A stretch of DNA of 64,000 nt from an uncultured Alphaproteobacteria bacterium (GCA_902602695.1 CACKRO010000001.1:96833-160832); one strand, 5' to 3'. Counted from the first letter of the stretch, positions 1 through 10,715 are shown. The notes: generated from the sequence alone by a model not told the origin. Program-made: numbers and translations.

Positions 1-1
1 A

Positions 2-490
2 GGTGAAAAAATAATATCTGGAGAAAATGTAGCAATTAAAAATGGAAACTGCTTACCAATCAATAATATTCCAGTTGGTACAAACATTCATAATATAGAG
101 CTTAAACCAGGAGCAGGTGCGCAATTAATAAGATCAGCAGGTGCATCAGCTCAAATTGTATCAAAAGAACAACCTTATGTTCAAATAAAATTAATTTCAG
201 GTGAAATCAGGCATATAAATAAAAATTGTAAAGCTACCATCGGTGAAGTTTCAAATTCCGACCAAAAAAATATTAAATTGGGTAAGGCAGGGAGAAAAAG
301 ATACTTAGGTTTTAGACCAAAAGTAAGAGGAGTAGTAATGAATCCGGTTGACCATCCACATGGTGGAGGTGAGGGAAGAACTTCAGGCGGAAGAGATCCT
401 GTCACACCTTGGGGTGTATCTACAAAAGGAAAAAAGACAAGAAATAATAAAAAAACAGATGTATTCATAATTAAAAGGAAGAAAAAATAA
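2..490 (+). CDS. rplB: 50S ribosomal protein L2, C-terminal part (5' end outside window)
   Basis: Frame is open from the window edge. Translation contains [17 protein letters not shown] and [14 protein letters not shown], hallmark L2 C-terminal motifs. rpsS follows, as in the S10 operon. Track ORF 278..490 is only the part after an internal Met. Confidence 0.95.
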   Translation, partial: GEKIISGENVAIKNGNCLPINNIPVGTNIHNIELKPGAGAQLIRSAGASAQIVSKEQPYVQIKLISGEIRHINKNCKATIGEVSNSDQKNIKLGKAGRKRYLGFRPKVRGVVMNPVDHPHGGGEGRTSGGRDPVTPWGVSTKGKKTRNNKKTDVFIIKRKKK

Positions 491-771
491 TGACTAGATC
501 GATTTGGAAAGGCCCATTTGTTGATATTACACTTATGAAAAAAGCAAAGAAATTATCCCAATCTGGTAGGAAAGAAGTTTTAAAGACTTGGTCAAGAAGA
601 TCAACAATACTTCCTGAATTTGTTGGTTTAACCTTTGGAGTATACAATGGTCAAAAATTTGTACCTGTTACTATAAATGAGCAAATGGTAGGACATAAAT
701 TAGGAGAGTTTTCACCAACAAGAACTTTTAAAGGTCATACAGCGGCCGACAAAAAAGCGGAACAAAAATGA
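490..771 (+). CDS. rpsS: 30S ribosomal protein S19
   Basis: 93 aa. [29 protein letters not shown] and [16 protein letters not shown] are S19 signatures. 1-nt overlap with the rplB stop. Confidence 0.95.
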   Translation: MTRSIWKGPFVDITLMKKAKKLSQSGRKEVLKTWSRRSTILPEFVGLTFGVYNGQKFVPVTINEQMVGHKLGEFSPTRTFKGHTAADKKAEQK

Positions 772-1136
772 ACGAGAATCTTACAGCAATAGCTAAGGAT
801 AATATGGTTAGAACAAGTCCGTTGAAACTTTCTTTTTTAGTAAATAGTATTGTAAATTTAAAAGTAAGCTCAGCAATTAATCAACTAAAATTTTCTCAAA
901 AAAGGGTTTCAAGAGTTATCCTTAAAGTTTTAAATGCAGCTGTTGCAAACGCTGAAAATAATAAACAACTAGATATTGATAAACTTTTTGTAAAAGAAGT
1001 TTTTGTAGGAAAAAGTCTAAGAATGAAAAGATGGAGACCAAGAGCTAAAGGTAGAGCTGGTTCAATTATAAAACCATTTAGTAAGGTTACAATTATTGTA
1101 GAAGAAAGATCTGAAATTGAAAAGGAAAAGATATAA
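768..1136 (+). CDS. rplV: 50S ribosomal protein L22
   Basis: 122 aa between S19 and S3. Basic C-terminal [24 protein letters not shown] is typical of L22. ATGA overlap with rpsS. Confidence 0.9.
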   Translation: MNENLTAIAKDNMVRTSPLKLSFLVNSIVNLKVSSAINQLKFSQKRVSRVILKVLNAAVANAENNKQLDIDKLFVKEVFVGKSLRMKRWRPRAKGRAGSIIKPFSKVTIIVEERSEIEKEKI

Positions 1137-1814
1137 TGGGACAAAAAGTTAATCCGTATGGAATTAGACTAGGTATTAATAAAACATGGTCTTCAAGATG
1201 GTTTTCAAAAAAATGAATATACAAAACTACTTCATCAAGACCTTAGTATAAAAAAATATGTGGAAAATAAACTTAAGAATGCTAGCATTTCAAAAATTAA
1301 TATTGAGAGAGCTGCAAAAAAATTACGACTTTCAATTTACAGTTCAAGACCTGGTATAATTATTGGCAAAAAGGGTGCAGATATCGAAACCTTAAAAAAT
1401 GATTTATCAAAGATGTCAAATCTTGAAGTATTTCTTGATATAAAAGAAGTTAGAAAGCCTGAAGTAGAGGCTAGATTGGTTGCTGAGAACATTGCTTCAC
1501 AACTAGAAAAACGTATTTCTTTCAGAAGGGCAATGAAAAAAGCAGTACAATCAGCAATGAGGTTAGGTGCAAAAGGTGTTAAGGTAGTTTGTAGTGGAAG
1601 ATTAGGTGGAGCGGAAATCGCTAGAACAGAAAAATATCACGAAGGAAGTGTTCCATTACATACATTAAGAGGTGATATTGATTATTCAACAGCAGAAGCT
1701 GAAACAACTTATGGAATATGTGGGATTAAAGTTTGGATTAATAAAGGTGAAATTCTTCAAAAAGATCCATATGCAAGTGAAAAAAAACAAATTGACCAAG
1801 GGAGTATTAGATAA
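1136..1814 (+). CDS. rpsC: 30S ribosomal protein S3, reading frame interrupted in an A7 tract (1207-1213)
   Basis: ATG at 1136 gives the conserved S3 N-terminus [26 protein letters not shown], then TGA at 1214-1216. The +1 frame continues [21 protein letters not shown]...[13 protein letters not shown]...VWINKGE to the stop at 1814. The track only shows the GTG-initiated part 1260..1814. Confidence 0.85.
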
Positions 1815-2230
1815 TGAACATGCTGTCCCCTAAAAAAACTAAGTATAGAAAACAATTTAAGGGAAGAATACATGGTAAATCAAAAGGTAATTATGCTCTT
1901 AATTATGGAAGTTTTGGTTTAAAAGCAATGGAACCAGAAAGAGTTACTTCTAGACAAATAGAAGCTGCAAGAAAAGCAATTACAAGATATTTAAAAAGAG
2001 CTGGAAGAATGTGGATACGAGTATTTCCTGATGTGCCTGTATCTAAAAAACCTGCTGAAGTTAGAATGGGTAAAGGTAAAGGATCAATAGAATATTGGGC
2101 ATGTAGAATAAAGCCAGGCAGAATTATGTTTGAAGTTGATGGTGTAAATATTAACGATGCAAGACATGCTCTGACTTTAGCTGCAGCAAAGCTGCCAATA
2201 AAATGTAAATTTGTAGAAAGAAATATATAA
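1814..2230 (+). CDS. rplP: 50S ribosomal protein L16
   Basis: 138 aa. [17 protein letters not shown]-terminus and [13 protein letters not shown] motif. 1-nt overlap with the rpsC stop. Confidence 0.95.
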   Translation: MNMLSPKKTKYRKQFKGRIHGKSKGNYALNYGSFGLKAMEPERVTSRQIEAARKAITRYLKRAGRMWIRVFPDVPVSKKPAEVRMGKGKGSIEYWACRIKPGRIMFEVDGVNINDARHALTLAAAKLPIKCKFVERNI

Positions 2231-2418
2231 TGTCAAAAAAATTAAACTTAGATAATAAAAAAATTCAAGAAGAAATATTAGGTTTGAAAAAAACAATTTT
2301 GAATTTAAATTTTCAGAAATTTTCTGGTCAATTAGAAAAAACATCTCAAATTAAAATTTCAAAAAAACAAATAGCAAGATTAAAAACTAAGCTTACATTA
2401 GATAAAGGAGTAGAATAA
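2230..2418 (+). CDS. rpmC: 50S ribosomal protein L29
   Basis: 62-aa helical, Lys-rich protein in the canonical slot between L16 and S17. 1-nt overlaps on both sides. Confidence 0.85.
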   Translation: MSKKLNLDNKKIQEEILGLKKTILNLNFQKFSGQLEKTSQIKISKKQIARLKTKLTLDKGVE

Positions 2419-2663
2419 TGCCTAAACGTTTATTATCTGGTGTAGTAGTTTCTTCTAACTCCAACAAAACAATTACAGTTAGTGTTACAAGAAGAATTAA
2501 ACATAAACTTTATAAAAAAATTATTAGACAAACAAAGAAATATCATGCTCATGATGAAAACAACGAATTTAATATTGGCGATAATGTTTCAATAATAGAA
2601 TCAAAGCCTATATCAAAACTTAAAAAATGGAGAGCCATTTCTAATTCTGGAGGTGGATCATGA
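2418..2663 (+). CDS. rpsQ: 30S ribosomal protein S17
   Basis: 81 aa. [16 protein letters not shown] and [16 protein letters not shown] match the S17 pattern. Canonical position. Confidence 0.92.
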   Translation: MPKRLLSGVVVSSNSNKTITVSVTRRIKHKLYKKIIRQTKKYHAHDENNEFNIGDNVSIIESKPISKLKKWRAISNSGGGS

Positions 2664-3028
2664 TACAAATGCAATCTAATCTTTTTGTTGCCGATAACTC
2701 TGGTGCAAGAAAAATTCAATGCATTAAAGTTTTAGGTGGTTCAAAAAGAAGATCAGCATCAATAGGTGATATTATAGTTGTTTCCATAAAAGATGCATTG
2801 CCAAGAGCTAAAGTGAAAAAAGGAGATGTTTACAAAGCAGTAATTGTCAGAACTTCAAAAGACTTTAAAAGATCTGATGGTTCTGCCATTAGATTTGATA
2901 AAAATGCCGCTGTAATTTTAGACAAGCAGGAAGAACCTATTGCAACTAGAATATTTGGCCCTGTAACTAGAGAACTTAGAAGTAAAAAATTTATGAAAAT
3001 AATTAGTCTTGCTCCAGAGGTACTTTAA
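2660..3028 (+). CDS. rplN: 50S ribosomal protein L14
   Basis: 122 aa. [27 protein letters not shown] is the L14 N-terminal signature. Confidence 0.95.
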   Translation: MIQMQSNLFVADNSGARKIQCIKVLGGSKRRSASIGDIIVVSIKDALPRAKVKKGDVYKAVIVRTSKDFKRSDGSAIRFDKNAAVILDKQEEPIATRIFGPVTRELRSKKFMKIISLAPEVL

Positions 3029-3342
3029 TGAAAAATAAATTTAAACTAAAAAAAGGTGATGAAGTGATTGTTTTAGCAGGTAAAGATAAAGGTAAAACTG
3101 GAAAAATTATCAAAATGCTTCCTGATAAAATGAAAGCTATAGTTTCAGAAATTAATAAAGTAAAAAAAAATACAAAACCTGATAATAACCAGCCAGGAGG
3201 AATAATTGATAAAGAAATGCCATTGCATATTTCTAATATCGCATACTATGATCCTGTTTTAAAAAAGGGTGTAAAAATTGCTTATAAAATTAACAAAGAT
3301 AAAAAAATAAGAATTAACAAGAACTCAGGCAAGGAAATTTAA
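3028..3342 (+). CDS. rplX: 50S ribosomal protein L24
   Basis: 104 aa. KOW motif KKGDEVIVLAGKDKGKTGKI. Canonical position. Confidence 0.92.
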   Translation: MKNKFKLKKGDEVIVLAGKDKGKTGKIIKMLPDKMKAIVSEINKVKKNTKPDNNQPGGIIDKEMPLHISNIAYYDPVLKKGVKIAYKINKDKKIRINKNSGKEI

Positions 3343-3894
3343 ATGAGTAGATTATTACAACAATATAATAATGAAATTAAAGAAAATCTAAAAGCAACTC
3401 TTGGACTAAAGAATATTTTTGAAGTCCCAAAGCTAAAAAAAATTGTTTTAAATATGGGAGTTGGAGAAGCCAAAGATGACTCGAAATTAATTGAAAGTGC
3501 CTTAGAAGATCTTACACTTATTTCAGGCCAAAAAGCAGTTAAAACAAAATCTAAAAAAGCAATATCTGGTTTTAAAATTAGAGCTGGAATGCCTTTAGGT
3601 GTAAAAGTAACATTGAGAAATAAAATTATGTACGAATTTCTTGATAGATTAGTAAATATAGCTATTCCAAGAATAAGAGATTTTAGAGGTTTAAATTCAA
3701 ATAGCTTTGATGGTAATGGCAATTTCTCTATGGGTATTAAGGAGCATGTAATATTCCCAGAAATAAACTTTGATAAAGTTGATAAAATGAGAGGTTTGGA
3801 CATCACAATTTCAACTTCAGCAAAAAATAATAAAGAAGCTATTGAGCTATTAAAGAGTTTCAATATGCCTTTTAAAGATAAGAACATTAATTAG
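3343..3894 (+). CDS. rplE: 50S ribosomal protein L5
   Basis: 183 aa. NMGVGEA and [17 protein letters not shown] motifs. Canonical position. Confidence 0.95.
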   Translation: MSRLLQQYNNEIKENLKATLGLKNIFEVPKLKKIVLNMGVGEAKDDSKLIESALEDLTLISGQKAVKTKSKKAISGFKIRAGMPLGVKVTLRNKIMYEFLDRLVNIAIPRIRDFRGLNSNSFDGNGNFSMGIKEHVIFPEINFDKVDKMRGLDITISTSAKNNKEAIELLKSFNMPFKDKNIN

Positions 3895-3901
3895 GAGGAA
3901 A

Positions 3902-4207
3902 ATGGCTAAGTTAAGTTCAATTCAAAAAAATTTATTTAGACAAAGATTAATTGAGAAATACAAATCTAAAAGAAAAAATCTTAAATCAAAAATAAAAGAT
4001 AAAAATATTTCATTAGAAGAAAGAATTTCACATCAAAATAAATTAAATGATCTACCTAGAAATGGATCATCAATTAGACATAGAAATAGATGTGAGCTTA
4101 CTGGAAGACCAAGAGGCAATTACAGAAAATTTGGTTTATCTAGAATTAAATTAAGAGAACTTTCAATGTCTGGCGACCTACCAGGTGTTGTAAAGTCCAG
4201 TTGGTAG
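3902..4207 (+). CDS. rpsN: 30S ribosomal protein S14 (long form)
   Basis: 101 aa. C-terminal [26 protein letters not shown]...W. GGAGGA precedes the ATG. Confidence 0.93.
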   Translation: MAKLSSIQKNLFRQRLIEKYKSKRKNLKSKIKDKNISLEERISHQNKLNDLPRNGSSIRHRNRCELTGRPRGNYRKFGLSRIKLRELSMSGDLPGVVKSSW

Positions 4208-4216
4208 GAGAATATT

Positions 4217-4615
4217 ATGGCTTTTAATGATTCACTTTCTGATATGCTTGCTAGAATAAAAAATGCTCATCAAGCTAAGAAAGTATCAACTTCATGCTTT
4301 AAGTCTAAACTTAATATGAATGTCTTAAGTGTTCTTAAAGATGAAGGTTATATAAGAGATTTTAAAGATATAGAGGTAAGAAAAGGTATTAGCTCTATAA
4401 AAATAGAATTAAAATATTTTAATGGTAGCCCAGTTATTAAAAAAATAAAAAGAATTTCAAAACCTGGAATAAGAAAATATTCTAAAATAAGTGACCTCAG
4501 TAAACCTTATGGAGGCTTAGGTATTTCTATATTATCAACTCCTAAAGGTGTTATGTCAGACAACCAAGCTAAAAAAAATAATGTAGGTGGTGAAGTTTTG
4601 TGTGAGGTATTTTAG
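4217..4615 (+). CDS. rpsH: 30S ribosomal protein S8
   Basis: 132 aa. DSLSDMLARIKNA N-terminus and ILSTPKGVMSD motif. Confidence 0.95.
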   Translation: MAFNDSLSDMLARIKNAHQAKKVSTSCFKSKLNMNVLSVLKDEGYIRDFKDIEVRKGISSIKIELKYFNGSPVIKKIKRISKPGIRKYSKISDLSKPYGGLGISILSTPKGVMSDNQAKKNNVGGEVLCEVF

Positions 4616-5146
4616 ATGTCAAGAATTGCAAAAAATCCGATTAAAATTTCTAAAGATATTAATTGTAGCTTTAATGATGGAATTTTTTTAGCAAAAGGTA
4701 AATTAGGTGAAGCTCAAATTGTAGTGAACTCAAATTTTAATGTTTCTATAAATCAAGATGAAGTTTCTGTTATTCCTATAAAAGATATAAAAAATGATCC
4801 TAATTGGGGCACAACAAGAGCTTTAGTAGCTAATACTATAAATGGCGTAACTTCCGGTTTTACAAAGACGCTAGAACTAAATGGTACTGGTTATAGAGCA
4901 AGCGTATCTGGTTCAAAACTTAAGTTAGAATTAGGATATAGTCATGATATAGATTTTGATATACCAAAAGATGTAAAAATAGAGTGTCCGAAACAAAATT
5001 TAATAAAACTTACAAGTATTAACAAAGAAAAATTAGGAGCTGCTGCAGCAAAAATTAGATCTTTCAGGAAACCTGAACCTTTTAAAGGTAAAGGGATAAA
5101 ATACTCTGATGAATATATTTTTAGAAAAGAAGGTAAGAAAAAATAA
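4616..5146 (+). CDS. rplF: 50S ribosomal protein L6
   Basis: 176 aa. SRIAKNPIKI N-terminus and RKPEPFKGKGIKY C-terminal motif. Confidence 0.95.
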   Translation: MSRIAKNPIKISKDINCSFNDGIFLAKGKLGEAQIVVNSNFNVSINQDEVSVIPIKDIKNDPNWGTTRALVANTINGVTSGFTKTLELNGTGYRASVSGSKLKLELGYSHDIDFDIPKDVKIECPKQNLIKLTSINKEKLGAAAAKIRSFRKPEPFKGKGIKYSDEYIFRKEGKKK

Positions 5147-5149
5147 GTT

Positions 5150-5482
5150 ATGAAAGATAGACAGCAAAGAGTTAGATATAAATCAAAAAAAATTTCTAAT
5201 AGAAAAAGACTTTCAGTTTTTAGATCAAATAATCATATTTATGCTCAGCTTATTGATGATAATAAAGGTCTTACTTTAGCAAGTTCCTCGTCAACTGAGG
5301 AGTCAATTAAAAGTAAAAATTTATCTAGAAAAGACACAGCTGAATTAATAGGAAAAAATATAGCAAAAAAAATAATTTCTAAAGGAATTGAAAAAGTTGC
5401 TTTCGATAGAGGTAAATACAAATATCATGGCTTAATTAAAATTCTTGCTGAAGCAGCTAGATCAGAAGGACTAAATTTTTAG
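5150..5482 (+). CDS. rplR: 50S ribosomal protein L18
   Basis: 110 aa. [18 protein letters not shown] and [26 protein letters not shown]. Confidence 0.95.
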   Translation: MKDRQQRVRYKSKKISNRKRLSVFRSNNHIYAQLIDDNKGLTLASSSSTEESIKSKNLSRKDTAELIGKNIAKKIISKGIEKVAFDRGKYKYHGLIKILAEAARSEGLNF

Positions 5483-5490
5483 AGGTAAAT

Positions 5491-6000
5491 ATGTTTAACG
5501 ATGAAAATAATGAATTAACTGAACATTTAGTAACTATTAATAGAGTAGCTAAAGTTGTTAAGGGTGGTAGAAGGTTTGGTTTTGCAGCAATTATGATTGT
5601 TGGTGATAATAAAGGAAGAGTTGGAATAGGAACTGGAAAGGCAAAAGAAGTTCCTGAGGCTGTGAGAAAAGCTACTGAAAATGCTAAAAGTAAAATGATT
5701 AGAGTTCATTTAAAAGAAAATAGAACTATACATCATGATACAATTGGACGTTTTGGTGCTGGTAAAGTTATACTTAGATCAGCGGCTCCAGGAACTGGTA
5801 TCATAGCTGGAGGACCAATGAGAGCTTTGTTTGAATCACTAGGTATTAAAGATGTTGTAGCTAAATCTACAGGAACTTCAAATCCTCATAATATGCTCAA
5901 AGCTACATTAAATGCATTTAAAATGTCAGAGTCACCAAAATCTGTTGCTTTAAAAAGATCAAAAAATATTAATGAAATTAACAAAAATAGTAAGAGCTAA
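5491..6000 (+). CDS. rpsE: 30S ribosomal protein S5
   Basis: 169 aa. [24 protein letters not shown] motif. Confidence 0.95.
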   Translation: MFNDENNELTEHLVTINRVAKVVKGGRRFGFAAIMIVGDNKGRVGIGTGKAKEVPEAVRKATENAKSKMIRVHLKENRTIHHDTIGRFGAGKVILRSAAPGTGIIAGGPMRALFESLGIKDVVAKSTGTSNPHNMLKATLNAFKMSESPKSVALKRSKNINEINKNSKS

Positions 6001-6002
6001 AT

Positions 6003-6458
6003 ATGAAAATAAATGAAATAAAATCTTTAACTTCAAATAAAAAAACAAAAAGAAGAGGTAGAGGTTCTGGTTCTGGTTTAGGAAAAACTTCTGGCAGAGG
6101 AGTAAAAGGACAGAAGTCACGATCAGGTGTTTCTATAAATGGTTTTGAAGGTGGTCAAATGCCACTTTATCGAAGATTACCTAAAAGAGGTTTTAAAAAT
6201 CGTTTTAAAACTAAAATACAAAAATTGAATTTCAATATGATTAATGATTTTATTAAAAAATATGATCTTGATCCTAAATCTTTAACAGAAAAAGAATTAT
6301 TTGAAAAAAAAATTTTTAACAAATCTAAAGGGGGTTTAAAACTTCTTAACGTAGGAGAAATTAAAAATATTTTCAATTTAGAAATTTCATTTGCTTCTAA
6401 AAAAGCTATTGAAGCTTTAGAAAAATTTGGTGGCAAGATAACATTAATAAAGAAATAA
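6003..6458 (+). CDS. rplO: 50S ribosomal protein L15
   Basis: 151 aa. [26 protein letters not shown] glycine-rich N-terminus. Begins 2 nt after the rpsE stop, so no L30 gene lies in between. Confidence 0.93.
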   Translation: MKINEIKSLTSNKKTKRRGRGSGSGLGKTSGRGVKGQKSRSGVSINGFEGGQMPLYRRLPKRGFKNRFKTKIQKLNFNMINDFIKKYDLDPKSLTEKELFEKKIFNKSKGGLKLLNVGEIKNIFNLEISFASKKAIEALEKFGGKITLIKK

Positions 6459-7799
6459 ATGGCTACAGCTGCAGACAGACTAGCAAATAATTTAAATTTT
6501 GGTGCTTTAGGTAAAGCAACTGAACTTAGGCAGAGACTATTATTTACTTTAGGAGCATTAATAGTTTTTCGTCTAGGGACTTTTTTACCTATTCCAGGTA
6601 TTAATCCTTTAGCTTTGCAGCAATTCTTTGAGCAACAATCATCAGGAATATTAGGTATATTTGATACATTTTCTGGAGGAGCTTTAGGAAGAATGGGTAT
6701 ATTTGCGTTGGGTGTAATGCCATATATTTCATCATCTATAATTATGACATTAATGCAATCTGCCATACCTTATCTAAAATCACTCAAAGAGCAAGGTTCA
6801 AAAGGAAGAAGGCAGTTACTTCAATTTACAAGATACGCAACAGTTTTGATAGCTGCAATACAAGGGTATGGTGTATCTATAGGTTTAGAGTCGATGCAAA
6901 CTGCATATGGAAATATAGTTTTTGATCCTGGTATTTTTTTTAGACTTACTACCGTTATTACTCTAGTTGGAGGAACAGTTTTTTTAATGTGGTTAGGTGA
7001 ACAAATATCTTCAAGGGGAGTTGGAAATGGTATTTCTCTCATAATAACAGCAGGTATAATTGCTAATTTACCAAGTGCATTTGTCAGCACTTTACAGCTC
7101 GGCAGAACTGGTGAATTAAGCATTGCTTTTATACTAGGTATATTAATACTTATATTATTGTTGATTATTTTTATTGTATTTATTGAGAAAGCCCAAAGAA
7201 GGTTACCTGTACAATATCCAAAAAGACAGGTAGGAAATAAAATTTATGGAGGACAAAGTTCTCACTTACCTCTAAAAATTAATACAGCAGGTGTCATACC
7301 TGTAATTTTTGCTTCTTCAATATTACTTCTTCCTAATACAATGTCAGGTTTTGGTGCCGGCTCCTCTAGCGATATATTTATATTAATATCGAGCTATTTA
7401 GGTAGAGGTCAGCCTCTTTATTTAGGGTTATATGCTGCAATGATAATATTTTTTGGATTCTTTTACACATCTATAGTTTTTAATCCAGACGAACAAGCTG
7501 AAAATTTAAGAAAATATGGAGGATTTATACCTGGAATAAGACCTGGAGAAAATACAGCAAAATATATAGAGTATGTACTTGTTAGACTAACAACAGTTGG
7601 AACTATATACTTAACATTTGTAGCTTTATTACCAGAATTCCTTTTATCAAGAACTTCAATACCGTTTTATCTGGGAGGAACTGCATTGTTGATAGTAGTT
7701 GTTGTAATGATAGATTTTATAACACAGGTACAATCTCATCTATTTCAACATCAATATGAAGGTCTTCTTAAAAAGACTAAATTAAAAGGTAGAAGATAA
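6459..7799 (+). CDS. secY: preprotein translocase subunit SecY
   Basis: 446 aa, multi-TM. GINPLALQQFF...GGALGRMGIFALGVMPYISSSII and GISLIITAGI motifs. Canonical position after rplO. Confidence 0.95.
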   Translation: MATAADRLANNLNFGALGKATELRQRLLFTLGALIVFRLGTFLPIPGINPLALQQFFEQQSSGILGIFDTFSGGALGRMGIFALGVMPYISSSIIMTLMQSAIPYLKSLKEQGSKGRRQLLQFTRYATVLIAAIQGYGVSIGLESMQTAYGNIVFDPGIFFRLTTVITLVGGTVFLMWLGEQISSRGVGNGISLIITAGIIANLPSAFVSTLQLGRTGELSIAFILGILILILLLIIFIVFIEKAQRRLPVQYPKRQVGNKIYGGQSSHLPLKINTAGVIPVIFASSILLLPNTMSGFGAGSSSDIFILISSYLGRGQPLYLGLYAAMIIFFGFFYTSIVFNPDEQAENLRKYGGFIPGIRPGENTAKYIEYVLVRLTTVGTIYLTFVALLPEFLLSRTSIPFYLGGTALLIVVVVMIDFITQVQSHLFQHQYEGLLKKTKLKGRR

Positions 7800-7800
7800 A

Positions 7801-8373
7801 TTGAAAAACATAATTTTTTTTGGCCCGCCAGGTGCAGGTAAAGGAACTCAAGCCAAAATAATTTCTGAACATCTAAAAATATCTCATCTTTCAACTGGGG
7901 AAATATTAAGAAATAAAATATTACAAAAAGATGAATTAGCTAATCAGTTGAAAGAAATAATGTCTGCAGGTAAACTTGTTTCTGATGATATACTTAATAA
8001 AATTGTTTTAGAAAGATTAACAAATGAAACTAATAAGGGATATATCCTAGATGGTTATCCTAGAACAATAGTACAATCAGAGTTTCTAAATACGTTTTTA
8101 AAAAATTCATCAAGTAAAATTGATTATATATTCAATATAAAAATAAATTTTGAAATTCTAAGAAATAGAATTATTAAAAGGTCATCAGAAGAAAGTAGAG
8201 AAGACGACAATTTAGAAGTTATTCAAACAAGATATTCTGAATATTTAAATACTACTCAAAAAGTTTCCAACTTATACAAAGATACACATAAAGAGATATT
8301 TCATGAAATAGACGGTTCATCTGAAATTCAAGAAATAACAAGTAATATTATAAAAATTTTAAAAAAATCATGA
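7801..8373 (+). CDS. adk: adenylate kinase (short-lid type)
   Basis: 190 aa, TTG start 1 nt after the secY stop. P-loop GPPGAGKGTQA. GYILDGYPRT motif. Confidence 0.93.
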   Translation: MKNIIFFGPPGAGKGTQAKIISEHLKISHLSTGEILRNKILQKDELANQLKEIMSAGKLVSDDILNKIVLERLTNETNKGYILDGYPRTIVQSEFLNTFLKNSSSKIDYIFNIKINFEILRNRIIKRSSEESREDDNLEVIQTRYSEYLNTTQKVSNLYKDTHKEIFHEIDGSSEIQEITSNIIKILKKS

Positions 8374-8402
8374 AAATCGGCCAAAATTTAAAATATCTTC
8401 CC

Positions 8403-8432
8403 TTGACTAAATGCGCTATTATCATGTATTCA
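8403..8432 (+). promoter_or_regulatory. candidate sigma70-type promoter for rpsM-rpsK-rpoA-rplQ
   Basis: TTGACT (8403-8408), 18-nt spacer, TATTCA (8427-8432) preceded by TG. Lies in the only sizeable gap (87 nt) of the ribosomal region. Confidence 0.3.
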
Positions 8433-8460
8433 CGCTCATTCGTTTTTTTCGGATTTCTTT

Positions 8461-8841
8461 ATGGCTAGAATATCAGGCGTTAATATACCCACAAATAAAA
8501 AGGTAAATATTGCTTTAACCTACATATTTGGAATAGGTAAAAAAATAGCATTAGATATATGTAATAATGCATCGATAGATATGTCTAAGAGAGTTAGTGA
8601 ATTAAAAGATGATGAAATTAATAAAATAAGAGACATAATTGATAATGATTATTCAGTAGAAGGTGATTTAAGAAGAAAAATATCTCTAGATATTAAAAGA
8701 TTAAATGACTTAGGCTGTTATAGGGGGCTAAGACATCGAAAAAAATTACCAGTAAGAGGACAAAGAACACATACTAATGCTAGAACAAGAAAAGGTAAGG
8801 CAGTTGCAATTGCTGGAAAGAAAAAGGTTACTAAAGGATAA
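8461..8841 (+). CDS. rpsM: 30S ribosomal protein S13
   Basis: 126 aa. [11 protein letters not shown]-terminus and [24 protein letters not shown]. Confidence 0.95.
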   Translation: MARISGVNIPTNKKVNIALTYIFGIGKKIALDICNNASIDMSKRVSELKDDEINKIRDIIDNDYSVEGDLRRKISLDIKRLNDLGCYRGLRHRKKLPVRGQRTHTNARTRKGKAVAIAGKKKVTKG

Positions 8842-8842
8842 T

Positions 8843-9223
8843 ATGGCTGAGAAAAAAAAATCCAAAGTTAAAAAAAAGATCTCATCTGGTGTCGCTCATA
8901 TAATTTCTTCTTTTAATAATACCATAATTACAATTACTGATGAAAAAGGAAATGCTATAGCATGGTCTTCCTCAGGTCATAAGGGTTTCAAAGGCTCAAG
9001 GAAATCTACTCCTTATGCCGCTCAAATTGCTGCAGAAGATGTTGGAAATAAAGCAAAAGAACATGGTTTAAAAAATCTTAAAGTAGAAGTTTCTGGTCCA
9101 GGATCAGGAAGAGAGTCTGCTCTTAGATCACTACAATCTATTGGTTATGTTATTACATCTATTAAAGATGTAACTCCTATACCTCACAACGGTTGTAGAC
9201 CAAGAAAAAGAAGAAGAGTTTAA
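8843..9223 (+). CDS. rpsK: 30S ribosomal protein S11
   Basis: ATG at 8843, 1 nt after the rpsM stop, gives [12 protein letters not shown]...[20 protein letters not shown] and [13 protein letters not shown]. The track start at 8777 would overlap rpsM by 65 nt and is rejected. Confidence 0.9.
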   Translation: MAEKKKSKVKKKISSGVAHIISSFNNTIITITDEKGNAIAWSSSGHKGFKGSRKSTPYAAQIAAEDVGNKAKEHGLKNLKVEVSGPGSGRESALRSLQSIGYVITSIKDVTPIPHNGCRPRKRRRV

Positions 9224-9240
9224 AAAAAAGGAGCATTTAA

Positions 9241-10263
9241 GTGTTACAAAAAAATTGGAGCGAATTAATAAAACCTACTAAAATGGAAGTAAATGTTGAG
9301 GAAACTAACGGCAGAACTGGGAAGCTTACAGCAGAGCCACTTGAACGAGGTTTTGGTCTAACTTTAGGAAATTCAATACGACGAATCTTACTTTCATCAC
9401 TTCAAGGTGCTGCAATCACTTCATTAAAAATTAAAGGTGTAGTTCATGAATTTGCTACAATACCTGGGGTTAAAGAAGATTTAACAGATATTTTATTAAA
9501 TTTAAAGTCAGTTGCCATAAAGGTTCATTCACCAGGTTTAAAAAAAATGTATCTTAAATCAACTGGATCTGGAGAGTTAAGGGCAGGTAATTTTGAAACT
9601 GACTCTGAAACTGAAATAATGAATCCAGATCAACTAATTATGACACTGGACTCAAATGCGGATATTGAAATAGAAGCCAATGTAGAAACTGGTAAAGGTT
9701 ACGTAACTGCTGAAGTTGCTGATGATGAAAATAAAATCATAGGTGAAATTAAATTAGATGCCATGTTTAGTCCTGTAGTTAAAGCTACTTATAAGGTTGA
9801 AAATAGCAGAGTTGGTCAAGTCACAGATTTTGATAAATTAGTTTTTGAAGTTGAAACTAATGGAGCAATCACACCAGATGATGCAATAGCTTTAGCTGCA
9901 AGAATATTACAAGACCAGTTGCAACCATTTATTAATTTTGATGAGCCAGAAGTACTACCAGATCAATCACAGGCTGAAGCTTTATCATTTAATTCCAATT
10001 TACTTAAAAAAGTTGAAGAATTAGAATTGTCAGTTAGATCTGCAAATTGTCTTAAAAATGATAACATTATTTATATTGGTGACCTTGTTCAAAAATCTGA
10101 GTCAGAAATGTTAAGAACACCAAATTTTGGTAGAAAATCTCTAAATGAGATCAAGGAAGTCCTCCAACAAATGGAGCTTAATTTAGGAATGTCTGTTCCT
10201 GACTGGCCCCCTGAAAATATTGATGAACTTGCTAAAAAATACGAGGATCCTTTCAATAAATAA
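9241..10263 (+). CDS. rpoA: DNA-directed RNA polymerase subunit alpha
   Basis: 340 aa, GTG start after [28 protein letters not shown]-terminal domain. [23 protein letters not shown]-terminal HhH domain. Confidence 0.95.
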   Translation: MLQKNWSELIKPTKMEVNVEETNGRTGKLTAEPLERGFGLTLGNSIRRILLSSLQGAAITSLKIKGVVHEFATIPGVKEDLTDILLNLKSVAIKVHSPGLKKMYLKSTGSGELRAGNFETDSETEIMNPDQLIMTLDSNADIEIEANVETGKGYVTAEVADDENKIIGEIKLDAMFSPVVKATYKVENSRVGQVTDFDKLVFEVETNGAITPDDAIALAARILQDQLQPFINFDEPEVLPDQSQAEALSFNSNLLKKVEELELSVRSANCLKNDNIIYIGDLVQKSESEMLRTPNFGRKSLNEIKEVLQQMELNLGMSVPDWPPENIDELAKKYEDPFNK

Positions 10264-10271
10264 TATAATTT

Positions 10272-10709
10272 ATGAAACATAATATTAAAAATAAAAAACT
10301 AAACAAAACATCTTCACATAGAAAAGCGATGTTTATGAATATGTCTAATGCGCTTATAAAACATGAGCAAATAACTACAACATTAGCTAAAGCTAAAGAA
10401 CTTCGAAGATTTGTGGAAAAAATTGTTACTTTAGGAAAAAAAGGTGACTTATTATCAAGAAGAAAAGCTGTATCTATTCTTCAAGATCAAAAAATGTCGA
10501 AAAAAGTTTTCGATGTACTTGCTCAAAGATACAAAGAAAGAGCTGGAGGATATACCAGAATTATAAAGTTGGGTAATAGGTTTGGCGATAATGCTCCGAC
10601 AGCTATTATCGAGTTTGTTGACCGAGACGAGGCAGCTAAGGGATTAGATAGTGGTCCAGTTATTGAAAAAAAATCTACTGAAGAAGTAGAACAACAACCT
10701 CAAATATAA
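10272..10709 (+). CDS. rplQ: 50S ribosomal protein L17
   Basis: 145 aa. [38 protein letters not shown] and [18 protein letters not shown]. Confidence 0.95.
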   Translation: MKHNIKNKKLNKTSSHRKAMFMNMSNALIKHEQITTTLAKAKELRRFVEKIVTLGKKGDLLSRRKAVSILQDQKMSKKVFDVLAQRYKERAGGYTRIIKLGNRFGDNAPTAIIEFVDRDEAAKGLDSGPVIEKKSTEEVEQQPQI

Positions 10710-10715
10710 AAAATT

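Noticed and set aside
3339-3887. 182-aa ORF on the minus strand mirroring almost the whole rplE gene
   Set aside because: It lies exactly antisense to a highly conserved ribosomal protein gene. Its translation is low-complexity (Phe/Ile/Leu/Ser/Lys-rich) with no motif. Mirror ORFs like this are a codon-bias artefact.
6167-7123. 199-aa and 100-aa minus-strand ORFs across rplO/secY
   Set aside because: They are antisense to conserved genes whose products are unmistakable. They have no RBS or motif and a composition typical of antisense translation.
8777-8842. Upstream ATG (8777) offered by the ORF track for rpsK
   Set aside because: It would overlap rpsM by 65 nt and add a non-conserved extension. 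ATG 8843 gives the normal S11 N-terminus directly after the rpsM stop.
8852-8860. Long homopolymer A/T runs inside genes (for example A9 in rpsK) as possible further frameshift sites
   Set aside because: I checked the ones I noticed. All keep the reading frame and simply encode Lys/Phe runs. Only the rpsC tract breaks a frame.
181-10280. Small antisense ORFs in the ribosomal region (181-468, 896-1144, 5527-5709, 10089-10280)
   Set aside because: All lie fully inside conserved genes on the opposite strand. Their peptides are short and low-complexity.
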